Positions 1 through 8,673 of a DNA stretch of 64,000 nt are shown in pieces. The DNA is from Planctomycetota bacterium. Lineage in GTDB: Bacteria > Planctomycetota > B15-G4. The notes under the pieces were generated by a model. It saw only the letters and a list, made by a program, of their open reading frames with translations, did not search any database and was not told the DNA's origin. Position numbers and translations under genes: made by a program. The stretch's first letter is position 1, and the number at the start of each line of letters is the position of its first letter. Location: contig JBBQUR010000001.1 in the NCBI GenBank assembly GCA_038212275.1, positions 288,001 to 352,000 of the forward strand, in the 5' to 3' direction.

Positions 1-1044
1 GAATGGGTGCACGCGAACGACGCCTTCGAAGCTCGCCGGCTGGAGCTGGAGGCTCGCTACGCGGACATCCGCACGGAGATCAAGGCGCTCGATGAACGCA
101 ATGCCGCCGAGTGCCTGACGCTGCGCACCGCGGGCGGGCAGGAGGTGCCGCTGGGGCTCGCCGACATCGTGCGCGCCTACCCGGCCAACCAGCTCGGCGT
201 GTTCGGGCGGCTGGGCGTCTATCTCTCGCGCTGGGGCGAGTTTCTCACCGGCGTGCCGCGCGAGGCCAACAGCGAGGGCGGCGTCTGGCCGGCCATCTTC
301 GGCACCGTGATGATGACACTGGTCATGTCGCTGCTGGTCGTGCCCTTCGGCGTGCTGGCCGCGCTCTACCTGCGCGAGTACGCACGGCCGGGACTGCTGA
401 CCTCCGCGGTGCGCATCGCGGTGAACAACCTGGCGGGCGTGCCGAGCATCGTCTTCGGCGTCTTCGGCCTCGGTTTCTTCTGCTACATCGTCGGCGCGCG
501 CGTGGACGAGCTCTTCTTCTCCGCCAAGCTGCCCACGCCGACGTTCGGCACGGGGGGCGTGCTGTGGGCTTCGCTGACGCTTGCCCTGCTCACGCTGCCC
601 GTCGTCATCGTCGCCACCGAGGAAGCCCTCGCGGCCGTGCCGGGCAGCATGCGCGAAGGCAGCTACGCCTGCGGCGCGAGCAAGTGGCAGACCATCCGCC
701 GCATCGTGCTGCCGCGCGCCATGCCGGGCATCATGACCGGCCTGATCCTCGCGCTGGCGCGCGGCGCCGGCGAGGTCGCGCCGCTCATGCTCGTCGGCGC
801 GGTCAAGCTCGCGCCCGAACTCCCGGTCGACGGGCAGTTCCCCTTCGTGCATCTGCAGCGCTCGTTCATGCACCTCGGCTTCCACATCTACGACCTGGGT
901 TTCCAGAGTCAGAACAGCGAGGCCGCCAAGCCGATGGTCTTCACCACGACGCTGCTGCTCATCGGCCTCGTCGTGCTGCTGAACATCGCGGCGATCATGG
1001 TCCGCACGCGCCTTCGCGCGCGCTACGTCACGGGGAAGTTCTGA
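1..1044 (+). CDS. pstA: Phosphate ABC transporter permease PstA, probably 5'-truncated by the window edge
   Basis: [26 protein letters not shown] and EAA-loop [21 protein letters not shown] motifs; directly upstream of pstB and phoU. Confidence 0.95.
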   Translation, partial: EWVHANDAFEARRLELEARYADIRTEIKALDERNAAECLTLRTAGGQEVPLGLADIVRAYPANQLGVFGRLGVYLSRWGEFLTGVPREANSEGGVWPAIFGTVMMTLVMSLLVVPFGVLAALYLREYARPGLLTSAVRIAVNNLAGVPSIVFGVFGLGFFCYIVGARVDELFFSAKLPTPTFGTGGVLWASLTLALLTLPVVIVATEEALAAVPGSMREGSYACGASKWQTIRRIVLPRAMPGIMTGLILALARGAGEVAPLMLVGAVKLAPELPVDGQFPFVHLQRSFMHLGFHIYDLGFQSQNSEAAKPMVFTTTLLLIGLVVLLNIAAIMVRTRLRARYVTGKF

Positions 1045-2033
1045 TGGACGGCATCGGCAGCGGATCGGAGAGAAGCCACGGCGCAGGTGGCGCGCGCGGT
1101 CACATCACAGGAGCACGGGGCGGCGCGCGTCCCGCGATGGAGGTTCCCGGCATGTACCCGCCCGTACCCGAGCAACCGTCGGTCGGCGCGCGCCGCGCTA
1201 CCCCGGCGTCCGCGCTGCTCACGGCCATCGAGCAGGGTCAGAGCGTGCCGACCGACACGCACGCGGCGATCGCCCGCGAGGAGCATGTGCTCAACGTGTC
1301 GGACTTCTCGCTGTGGTACGGCGCGACGCGCGCGCTCTTCGACATCGGCATCGACATCCCGCGCGGCAAGGTCACGGCGCTCATCGGGCCGTCCGGCTGC
1401 GGCAAGTCCACGCTGCTGCGCTCGGTGAACAGGCTCAACGATCTCGTCGACGGAATCCGCATCGAGGGCGACATGCGCCTCAACGCCGACTCGATCTATG
1501 CGCCCGGCGTGGATGTCATCGAGTTGCGCAAGCGCATGGGGATGGTCTTCCAGAAGAGCAATCCGTTCCCGATGAGCATCTACGAGAACGTCGTCTATTC
1601 GCTGCGCATCGACGGCGAGCGCGACCGGCGCGTGCTCGACGAGGTCTGCGAACGCAGCCTGCGCAGCGCGGCGCTCTGGGACGAGGCCAAGGACCGGCTG
1701 AACTCCAGCGGCCTGGGCCTGTCGGGCGGCCAGCAGCAGCGCCTCTGCATCGCACGCGCGATCGCTGCCGAGCCCGAGGTGCTCCTCATGGACGAGCCGT
1801 GCTCGGCGCTGGACCCGATCGCCACGGGCCGCATCGAGGATCTCATCGCGGAGCTCAAGGGCAGCTACTCGGTGCTCATCGTGACGCACAACATGCAGCA
1901 GGCGGCGCGCACGTCGGACTTCACGGCGTTCATGTACCGCGGGCGCCTCATCGAGTACGGCCCGACGGGCGACGTCTTCACGGCGCCGCACCGTCCGGAG
2001 ACCGAGGACTACATTTCGGGACGCTTCGGATGA
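1044..2033 (+). CDS. pstB: Phosphate ABC transporter ATP-binding protein PstB
   Basis: Walker [32 protein letters not shown]-terminal [13 protein letters not shown] overlaps the pstA stop (TGATG); start could be later. Confidence 0.95.
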   Translation: MDGIGSGSERSHGAGGARGHITGARGGARPAMEVPGMYPPVPEQPSVGARRATPASALLTAIEQGQSVPTDTHAAIAREEHVLNVSDFSLWYGATRALFDIGIDIPRGKVTALIGPSGCGKSTLLRSVNRLNDLVDGIRIEGDMRLNADSIYAPGVDVIELRKRMGMVFQKSNPFPMSIYENVVYSLRIDGERDRRVLDEVCERSLRSAALWDEAKDRLNSSGLGLSGGQQQRLCIARAIAAEPEVLLMDEPCSALDPIATGRIEDLIAELKGSYSVLIVTHNMQQAARTSDFTAFMYRGRLIEYGPTGDVFTAPHRPETEDYISGRFG

Positions 2034-2698
2034 GCCGCGCGCTGGAACACGAACTGACGCAGCTTCGACGGCAGTTCACGGCCTACGCGAGTTCCTGCCT
2101 GACGGCGCTCGAACGCTCGTGCGAGGTCCTCGCCGAGCGCGACACGGAGCTGGCGCGGCAGGTCATCGAGGGCGACGACCAGGTGGATGAGGCCGAGATC
2201 CACATCGAGACGGAGTGCGTCCGCCTGATGTCGCTGTATCAGCCTGTGGCGCACGACCTGCGCATGCTGGTGACCATGCTCAAGATGAACTACGACCTCG
2301 AGCGCGTTGCGGACCATGCCACCAACATCTCGTGGCTGGCGCGGAGCATCGTGAAGCGCGGCGGACGCATCACGCCGGACCTGCTGGCGCTGGCGGACCG
2401 CGTGGTGCGCGGCAGCCGGAGCGTACTGCAGGCCTTCCTGGACCAGGACCTCGCGCTGGCGCACGCCGTCGTGGCGGGCGACGCCGAGGTGGACAGGCTC
2501 GACCGCGTCGTCCGGCACGAGGTGCACGACATGCTGGCGGCCGACGGAGAGGTCTCCTGTGCGCTGGACGCCTTCCGCATCTCGCGGGAACTCGAACGCG
2601 TGGGCGATCACGTCACGAACATCGCGGAAGAGACGATCTATCTCATCACGGGCGAGATCGTCCGGCATCACGGCGGGGCCGCAGCCACGGCGCCCTGA
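2030..2698 (+). CDS. phoU: Phosphate signalling/transport regulator PhoU
   Basis: Two PhoU repeats ([34 protein letters not shown]); ATGA overlap with pstB. Confidence 0.95.
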   Translation: MSRALEHELTQLRRQFTAYASSCLTALERSCEVLAERDTELARQVIEGDDQVDEAEIHIETECVRLMSLYQPVAHDLRMLVTMLKMNYDLERVADHATNISWLARSIVKRGGRITPDLLALADRVVRGSRSVLQAFLDQDLALAHAVVAGDAEVDRLDRVVRHEVHDMLAADGEVSCALDAFRISRELERVGDHVTNIAEETIYLITGEIVRHHGGAAATAP

Positions 2699-2782
2699 GC
2701 CACGGCGCGATGATCCACGGCGACCCGCGCCGCGGTGGCGCGAGGCCGGGCGACCCGATCCACGGCGACCCGCGCCGCCGAG
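2685..2782. repeat. Degenerate 15-bp-period tandem repeat (core CCACGGCGACCCGCG) between convergent genes
   Basis: CCACGGCG-like units at 2685, 2700, 2715, 2730, 2745, 2760 and 2775; exact 22-bp copies at 2712-2733 and 2757-2778. Confidence 0.75.
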
Positions 2783-2785
2783 CCG

Positions 2786-3376
2786 TCATTCCATCTCCGG
2801 CTCGAGGTCCACGCCCAGACCGTCCGCGATGCGATTGATGTAGGCGAAGTACGCAGCCGCCTGCGCGGCGTCGTGGATCGCGACGTCGTCGAGGCCCGCG
2901 GCGCGCATCGGCTCCAGATGATCCGCCGTGGTGGAGGCGGGGGAGAGCGTCAGGCGCTCGGCGTACTGCAGCAGAGCCCGCAGCCTCGGCGTGTGGGCGG
3001 CCTCGCTGCCCTGGGCCGCGATGTCGGCCGCGAAGCTGCGCGCCGCCGTGGCCGCATCGTCGTCGGATGCGCCGGAAGCTCGCAGCTCGTTCTGGACCTC
3101 GACACGGAGGTCAGCCTGGTGGGCGGCCACTCAGTAGAAGCATTCGTTGCAGCGCGAGACGGTGACGGCAATGGCCTCGCGCTCGGCGCGCGTCAGCGGC
3201 GAGCGCCCGTACATGATCACGCGGTAAAGCTCGAGGGACGCGGCGAGCACCGAGGGATTCAGGCTCTGCAGCTGGAGAATCCTGAAGACGCGACCGGCGC
3301 GTCGCAGCGCGGCGGCGTAGATCCGCGCAAGCTCGCCTTGCGCGTCTCCGGGAGGAACCTGACGGATGTATGCCAT
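2786..3376 (-). CDS. AhpD/carboxymuconolactone decarboxylase-family peroxidase, predicted selenoprotein (CxxU, Sec82)
   Basis: ORFs 3131-3442 and 2786-3130 are in frame across TGA 3131-3133, reading REAIAVTVSRCNECFY-U-VAAH, which matches the AhpD ExIAxxVSxxNxCxxCxxxH motif; hairpin downstream. Confidence 0.88.
3092..3114 (-). promoter_or_regulatory. Putative bacterial SECIS hairpin of the AhpD-like gene
   Basis: Minus strand CUGACCUC-CGUGUC-GAGGUC(C)AG; apical loop starts 24 nt after the UGA, with G at loop position 2. Confidence 0.65.
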
Positions 3377-3383
3377 GCGCGGC

Positions 3384-3389
3384 AGTATA
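3384..3389 (-). promoter_or_regulatory. -10 element TATACT, 7 nt upstream of the ATG (leaderless-type promoter)
   Basis: Minus strand TATACT-GCCGCGC-ATG with no Shine-Dalgarno in between. Confidence 0.55.
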
Positions 3390-3631
3390 GGCCGGTGCGC
3401 GACTCGCCCGGCGCGTCGGCGGCGCCCCGGCATGGTGTTCAAGGGACCCTCAGGTCAGCGCTTTCATGCGTGGCGCGGGCATGCGCGGCTTGACTTGCCC
3501 GTTCGGGATGCGTTTGCTGTTCCCTGCCCGCATGACGGGTGGAACGAGCGACACGTACGGATCGGCGACCGCCAGTGATGCCCGGGCATCCGGCGCCGGC
3601 TCCGGCGGAAGTCCGCGAGGAGGATTCACGA

Positions 3632-4441
3632 GTGGAACACAGCGATGCCCTGCAGGCCCTCTTCCGTTGGGCGCACATCGTGGCCGGAGTGCTCTGGATC
3701 GGCCTGCTGTACTACTTCAACTTCGTGAACGGGCAGGTCATGGGCACGCTCGACAAGGACACCAAGCAGAAGGTGATCCCGGAGCTCATGCCGCGCGCGC
3801 TCTACTTCTTCCGCTGGGGCGCGGCGTGGACGTGGATCACCGGCTTCGGCCTCCTCGGCCTCGTCTACCACATGAACAAGGACACGATGTTCGGGGCGCC
3901 CGTGATGAGCTCCGACGGCGTGCTGTCCGGCGGTGGCTGGGGACCGGGCGCCGGCATCATGGTGCTGCTCGCCTTCGTCGGCACGTTCATCTACGACGCG
4001 CTTGCCAAGTCGCCGCTCGGGAAGAAGAACCAGAACTTCGCGATCCTCGCCTTCGTGCTCGTCGCCGTCATGATCTGGGCTTTCGAACACGTGGGCCACC
4101 TGACCTACCGCGCCACGAACATCCACGTCGGTGTGATGTTCGGCACGATGATGGCCTTCAACGTGTGGTACCGCATCTGGCCCGCGCAGCAGAAGATCAT
4201 CGCGGCGGTGAAGGCTGGGCAGGCGCCGGACGCCGCACTGGTGGCGCTCGCGGGGACGCGTTCGCGGCACAACACCTACATGTCGGTCCCGCTCATCTGG
4301 ACCATGATCAACCAGCACACCGTCTCCTACTCGAGCCAGTACGGGACGGGCATGTACGTGATCACGGCCGGCGTCGTCGCCATCGGCTGGATCTTCGTCA
4401 TGTGGATGTACAAGAAGGCCGGTTCGCTCAAGGGCTTCTGA
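3632..4441 (+). CDS. PuuD (urate hydroxylase)-like polytopic membrane protein, no cytochrome c domain
   Basis: RWAHIVAGVLWIGLLYYFNF, GTMMAFNVWYRIWPAQ and RSRHNTYMSVP motifs; GAGGAGG RBS before the GTG. Confidence 0.75.
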   Translation: MEHSDALQALFRWAHIVAGVLWIGLLYYFNFVNGQVMGTLDKDTKQKVIPELMPRALYFFRWGAAWTWITGFGLLGLVYHMNKDTMFGAPVMSSDGVLSGGGWGPGAGIMVLLAFVGTFIYDALAKSPLGKKNQNFAILAFVLVAVMIWAFEHVGHLTYRATNIHVGVMFGTMMAFNVWYRIWPAQQKIIAAVKAGQAPDAALVALAGTRSRHNTYMSVPLIWTMINQHTVSYSSQYGTGMYVITAGVVAIGWIFVMWMYKKAGSLKGF

Positions 4442-5252
4442 GCGGAGGGCCGCTGCCCCGCAACGGATCGGCGTAGGTTTCGCGGCGCCACGCCCAGGGG
4501 GCATCGACGATCTCGCCGGGCGTGCGGGCGCGCTCCAGCACGTCCAGCGCGAGGCAGAGCACCGAGAGCTGCTGGGCGCGCGCGCCCGGTTCGCCCAGCG
4601 CGTGGCCGAAGGGCCAGCGCAGGAAGAGCGTGCGCGGCGGTCGCACTGCCTCCGAGATCTCGCGCTGGAGCGACAGCGTGATCGTGGGCAGCCCCTGCCG
4701 TTCGAGTTCTCTGGCGACCAGACCGGCCGTCCTGTTGCAGAGGCCTCAGGCGGGGACGAGCAGTGCAACGTCCGCCGGAAGGCCGCGCACAAGCTCCGCG
4801 ACGGCAGGGGCCGTGCGCGCCCGCAGCGTGGCGACATGCGGGCCATCCACGTGGCCCATGAGGCCGACGTGCGCGCGCGCCAGGCCGGCCAGCCGCCCGG
4901 CCGCGACCAGCTCGCGCAGGCGCTCCACCGGATAGACGAGGTTGAGGTCGCGGCGCGCGTCTCGCGTGTCGTAGTAGTCGTGCGTGATGCGAAGGCTGGT
5001 TGCCGGCGCGTCTTCGAGCAGGACGCGGAACGACGGGTCGCCGTCCGGGTCGGTCATGTCGAAGGGCGCCTGATCGGCCAGGTGCACGCCGCCCGTGGTG
5101 ATGACGACGAGCGTGCACTCCGCGAGCGGCCTGCGCAGCGGTGTCCAGGGCACGTCCGCCTCCACGGCCTGCGGGTGCGCCGCGAGCCAGCGCTTCGTGA
5201 GCCACGGAAAGGCGGCAAAGAGCCGCGCGGCGAGCGTGCGGAGCAGGCTCAT
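4428..5252 (-). CDS. Glycine/betaine/D-proline reductase selenoprotein B family (PrdB/GrdB-like), predicted selenoprotein (UxxC, Sec169)
   Basis: TTGGVH, GDPSFR, HDYYD and DLNLVYP motifs; in-frame TGA 4746-4748 gives LLVPA-U-GLCNRTAGLVARELERQGLPT, continuing into VRPPRTLFLRWPFGH. Confidence 0.9.
4709..4742 (-). promoter_or_regulatory. Putative bacterial SECIS hairpin of the PrdB-like gene
   Basis: Minus strand upper stem CGGCC-GGUCU-GGUCG, loop 21 nt after the UGA; possible lower stem CUCUG/CAGAG; AGG and AGA Arg codons locally. Confidence 0.65.
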
Positions 5253-5316
5253 CGCGCTGCGCGGCGGGACGGGACGTCCGGGCAGGCCGGGGCGTGTGGC
5301 GGCATGCGCGGCGCTC

Positions 5317-6114
5317 TCATCGGTCGTTGAGCGACCAATCGTAGTCGAGCCATCGGATCGAGAGGTCATCGCGATGCGCGCGGATGAAGTCGACGGCCGG
5401 CTGCGGCGCATGGCGCAGCACGAAGTCGATCTTCGAGGCGCCGTCGCGGCTGAAGTCCTCGCCGAACCAGTCGAAGAGCGCGGACAGGTACAGCCGCTGG
5501 TTCTCGCCGTAGAAGACGCCGGGCTCCGTCTCGAAGCGCAGGCCCTTCGTCGTGTCGGCCAGGAAGGCGCGCGTGACGCGGTCGAGCTGTTCGTCGAGCG
5601 TGGCGGCCTCGTAGGCGTCGCTCTGCAGATCCGGGCAAGAACGGCTCGCACACACGATCGCGAAATGGATGCGCGGATCACCCAGCGGCCGCAGCAGCTT
5701 GTGCTCGATGGTGTCGAGGCTGTAGCGCCGGCCATGGACGAGCCAGCGTTCGGCGTCCCAGCGTTCGCCGGAGGAAATGTCCTTGATGCTGCGCAGGTCC
5801 GGCGCCTGTTCCAGGATCAGCTTCAGCGTGAAGGCGTTGTAGGCATTGATCCAGAAGGCCTTGAGCGAGTCGCCGGCCAGCAGGCCCGGATCCGTCGAGC
5901 CCAGCGTGGCGATGCAGGCGTCAAGTGCCGACTCCTGCTGCCTGAGCAGTGCGTAGTCGACGACGCCCGAGTGCACGCAGCGCGAGAGCAGCGCGGTGAA
6001 GGTCTCGTGTGCGAGGGGTATCGGCCTCGACTGCGCCATCACGCGGTCCGCACACGCCGCGAGCAGCATGAGGCAGACCTGCGCTGCGAGCGGGGACGCC
6101 AGCGGATGCTTCAT
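5317..6114 (-). CDS. DUF547 domain-containing exported protein
   Basis: GVVDY, AFWINAYNA, SLDTIEH and DPRIHFAIVCASRSCP motifs, C-terminal YDWSLN; N-terminal signal-like segment; overlaps the GT2 stop. Confidence 0.9.
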   Translation of the reverse strand: MKHPLASPLAAQVCLMLLAACADRVMAQSRPIPLAHETFTALLSRCVHSGVVDYALLRQQESALDACIATLGSTDPGLLAGDSLKAFWINAYNAFTLKLILEQAPDLRSIKDISSGERWDAERWLVHGRRYSLDTIEHKLLRPLGDPRIHFAIVCASRSCPDLQSDAYEAATLDEQLDRVTRAFLADTTKGLRFETEPGVFYGENQRLYLSALFDWFGEDFSRDGASKIDFVLRHAPQPAVDFIRAHRDDLSIRWLDYDWSLNDR

Positions 6115-7667
6115 GCGATCGGACCCTGCAGCGCCGCCTCGTTGACGGCCCGCTCCTCGATCGGCAGGACGGCCGGCCCGAGCTGTCGCTGCGCGCGCCG
6201 CTCGCGCAGCGAGAGTACGGCTACCCACCCGAAGCTGGCCGCATTGAGCGCGAGGAACGGCCCGATGAGCCAGCTCCCGCGCCGGACGAACATCACGACG
6301 CCAAGGGCCGACCACAGGGCGAGCGCCGCTTCGATGAGGCAGAGCGTGTCCACGGGAATGCGATAGCCGCCGCCGGCGTGGCCGCGGCTGTCGCCGGTGA
6401 GGTTGGCCTTGGGCGTCCTCACGAACTCGCTGTCGATGCCGAAGAGGGCCTCGAGCACCGCGCGCGTGTTGCTCACGGCGATGCCGGTGCCAAGCAGCAT
6501 CAGCCAGCCGAGGTCGGCCAGGCTCCAGCGTCGGCGCTCCCGCAACGCGCGCTGGCTGGCGATGTAGAGCGTCGTGGGTCCCGTGGTGCCAAGCGCCAGC
6601 AGGAGTGCGAGCACGGCGATCGCCGTGGGCGGGAGCTGCTGCCGGCTGGCGATCAGCGGCACGGGCACGGCCAGCACGACCATGGTGAGCATGAGCGGAT
6701 GCACGAGGTGATGCGTCAGGTGCAGCATGGCCTGCCATCGGGTTGCCAGCGGCAGCCGGCTGCGGAGCAGGCGCGGCAGCAGCTTCTTCGCCGTCTGGAT
6801 CGATCCCTTCGACCAGCGCTTCTGCTGGCTGCGGAACGCCGACAGGTCGGCGGGGATCTCCGCGGGAACTTCCACGTCGAAGGCATACTCCACCTTCCAG
6901 CCGGCAAGTTGCGCGCGGTACGACAGGTCGAGGTCCTCGGTGAGCGTGTCGGCCTGCCATCCGCCGGCGTCGGCAATGGCCTGCCGGCGCCAGAGCCCCG
7001 CGGTGCCGTTGAAGTTCAGCATCCAGCCGGCCCAGCAGCGGCCGGCCTGCTCGATTCCGAAGTGCCCGTCGAGCGCGATTGCCTGCGCGCGCGTGAGCGC
7101 CGACGAGTCGCGGTTGAGATGTCCCCAGCGTGCCTGTGCAAACCCGATGTCGGGGCGCGACATGAGCGGCACCATGCGTCGCAGGAAGTCCGGTGCGGGC
7201 ACGAAGTCCGCGTCGAAGATGGCGATCAGGTCGCCGCGCGCCGAGGGCAGTGCATCGCGCAGCGCACCTGCCTTGAACCCGGAGCGGCGCGCCCGCCGCA
7301 CGTGATGGATGTCATGGCCCTTGCCGGCCAGCTCGGCGCACAGCGCGGCGGCGAGGCGCGTCGTGTCGTCGGTCGAGTCGTCGAGCACCTGGACCTGCAG
7401 CCTGTCGGCGGGCCAGTCGAAGGCGACGACGGCTCGCAGCAACCGTTCCACGACGTAGCGCTCGTTGTAGATCGGGAGTTGCACCGTGACCACGGGCAGG
7501 GCGGACTCCGGAGTCGTGGCGGCCCAGGTCTCGCGCTGCCGCGACAGGCGCAGCAGCCCTTCCTGCCGGCCACGCCGGAAGACGGCGCAGAGCACGTGGC
7601 AATTGAGGCCGTAAATGCAGAGAAAAGCTGCAGCCAGCCAATAGAGTGCGAGCAACCACGTGAGCAT
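6111..7667 (-). CDS. Membrane-bound processive glycosyltransferase family 2 (cellulose synthase/CslA-like)
   Basis: VQLPIYNE, DDSTD, FKAGAL, FDADF, TEDLDL and QQKRW (D,D,D,QxxRW) motifs; TM helices at both ends. Confidence 0.92.
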   Translation of the reverse strand: MLTWLLALYWLAAAFLCIYGLNCHVLCAVFRRGRQEGLLRLSRQRETWAATTPESALPVVTVQLPIYNERYVVERLLRAVVAFDWPADRLQVQVLDDSTDDTTRLAAALCAELAGKGHDIHHVRRARRSGFKAGALRDALPSARGDLIAIFDADFVPAPDFLRRMVPLMSRPDIGFAQARWGHLNRDSSALTRAQAIALDGHFGIEQAGRCWAGWMLNFNGTAGLWRRQAIADAGGWQADTLTEDLDLSYRAQLAGWKVEYAFDVEVPAEIPADLSAFRSQQKRWSKGSIQTAKKLLPRLLRSRLPLATRWQAMLHLTHHLVHPLMLTMVVLAVPVPLIASRQQLPPTAIAVLALLLALGTTGPTTLYIASQRALRERRRWSLADLGWLMLLGTGIAVSNTRAVLEALFGIDSEFVRTPKANLTGDSRGHAGGGYRIPVDTLCLIEAALALWSALGVVMFVRRGSWLIGPFLALNAASFGWVAVLSLRERRAQRQLGPAVLPIEERAVNEAALQGPIA

Positions 7668-7760
7668 GTAGGGTTCCGCCGGGAAGGGCAGTCGAGGCAC
7701 GGCACATCCCCCTCAACCGCCGCCAGCCGCAGGGTACTCGGCGGCCCGACGACGGTTCCA

Positions 7761-7802
7761 CCGCCCGGCTCCGCCGCCCGACTCCGCCGCCCGACTCCGC
7801 CG
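7761..7802. repeat. 13-bp tandem repeat x3 (CCGCCCGACTCCG) in a divergent intergenic region
   Basis: Units at 7761, 7774 and 7787; the first has one mismatch. Confidence 0.8.
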
Positions 7803-7876
7803 AGGGCCGTGCTGCCTCCCGCCGCCCGAGCCTGCTAACCTCTCGCGCCGACCCAGTGTCCCCCCGATCGGAGTGC

Positions 7877-8668
7877 GTGACCGTGACCGAACTCGTCCGC
7901 TGCACCCGGCTCGAGCATCTCGCCTGGCTGCACCTGGAGCGCCCCGAGGTGATGAACGCGCTCTCCTACGAAACGCTGGCGCAACTTGCGGCGCACGTCG
8001 AGGTCCTGCGCGCCGACGACCGCGTGCGCGTCGTGCTCGTGCGTGGAAGCGGAGAGCGCGCCTTCTGCGCCGGCGCCGATCTCAAGGAACGCGCGTCGTT
8101 CAACGAGAAGCAGACGCGCGACTTCGTGCGCCGCATCGGGGAGACCTTCGAGGCGCTCGCCTTGCTGCCGCAGCCGACCATCGCCGTGATGAACGGCGTG
8201 GCCTTCGGCGGCGGCCTCGAGCTGGCGCTGGCGTGCGACCTGCGCGTGGCTTCGTCGTCCAGCCGCATGGGGCTCACCGAAACCGCGCTGGCCATCATTC
8301 CGGGCGCGGGCGGCACGCAGCGGCTTCCACGCGTGGTGGGGCTGGCCAAGGCCCGGGAGCTCATCTTCGCGGCACGCCGCCTGGACGCTGCCGAGGCGCT
8401 GCGGATCGGCCTGGTGAATGCCGTGGCCGCACCGGAGGGACTCGATGCATGCGCGCTGGAACTCGCGCAGGCGATTGCAGCCAACGGGCCGATTGCCGTG
8501 CGCGCTGCCAAGGAGGCGCTGAGCTTCACCGAAGGTGGCGCGTCGCTTGCCGTGAACCTCGTGCGGGAGCGCGAGATCTATCTGCAGCGCGTGTTCCCCA
8601 GCAAGGACCGGCTCGAAGCGCTCGCTGCCTTTGCCGAGAAACGTCCGCCGCATTTCCGCGGCAACTAG
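7877..8668 (+). CDS. Enoyl-CoA hydratase/isomerase (methylglutaconyl-CoA hydratase-like)
   Basis: AFCAGADLKE, AFGGGLELALACD, IIPGAGGTQRLPR and AFAEKRPP motifs. Confidence 0.92.
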   Translation: MTVTELVRCTRLEHLAWLHLERPEVMNALSYETLAQLAAHVEVLRADDRVRVVLVRGSGERAFCAGADLKERASFNEKQTRDFVRRIGETFEALALLPQPTIAVMNGVAFGGGLELALACDLRVASSSSRMGLTETALAIIPGAGGTQRLPRVVGLAKARELIFAARRLDAAEALRIGLVNAVAAPEGLDACALELAQAIAANGPIAVRAAKEALSFTEGGASLAVNLVREREIYLQRVFPSKDRLEALAAFAEKRPPHFRGN

Positions 8669-8673
8669 GCGAC

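Noticed and set aside
111..1043. 640-aa ORF 111-2033 as a long PstB fusion
   Set aside because: The upstream part is an Arg-rich shadow frame of pstA; PstB similarity lies only in the part after 1044.
5253..6960. Long N-terminal extensions of ORFs 4746-5735 and 5317-6960
   Set aside because: They are alternate-frame read-ins overlapping the DUF547 and GT2 genes; the real starts are 5252 and 6114.
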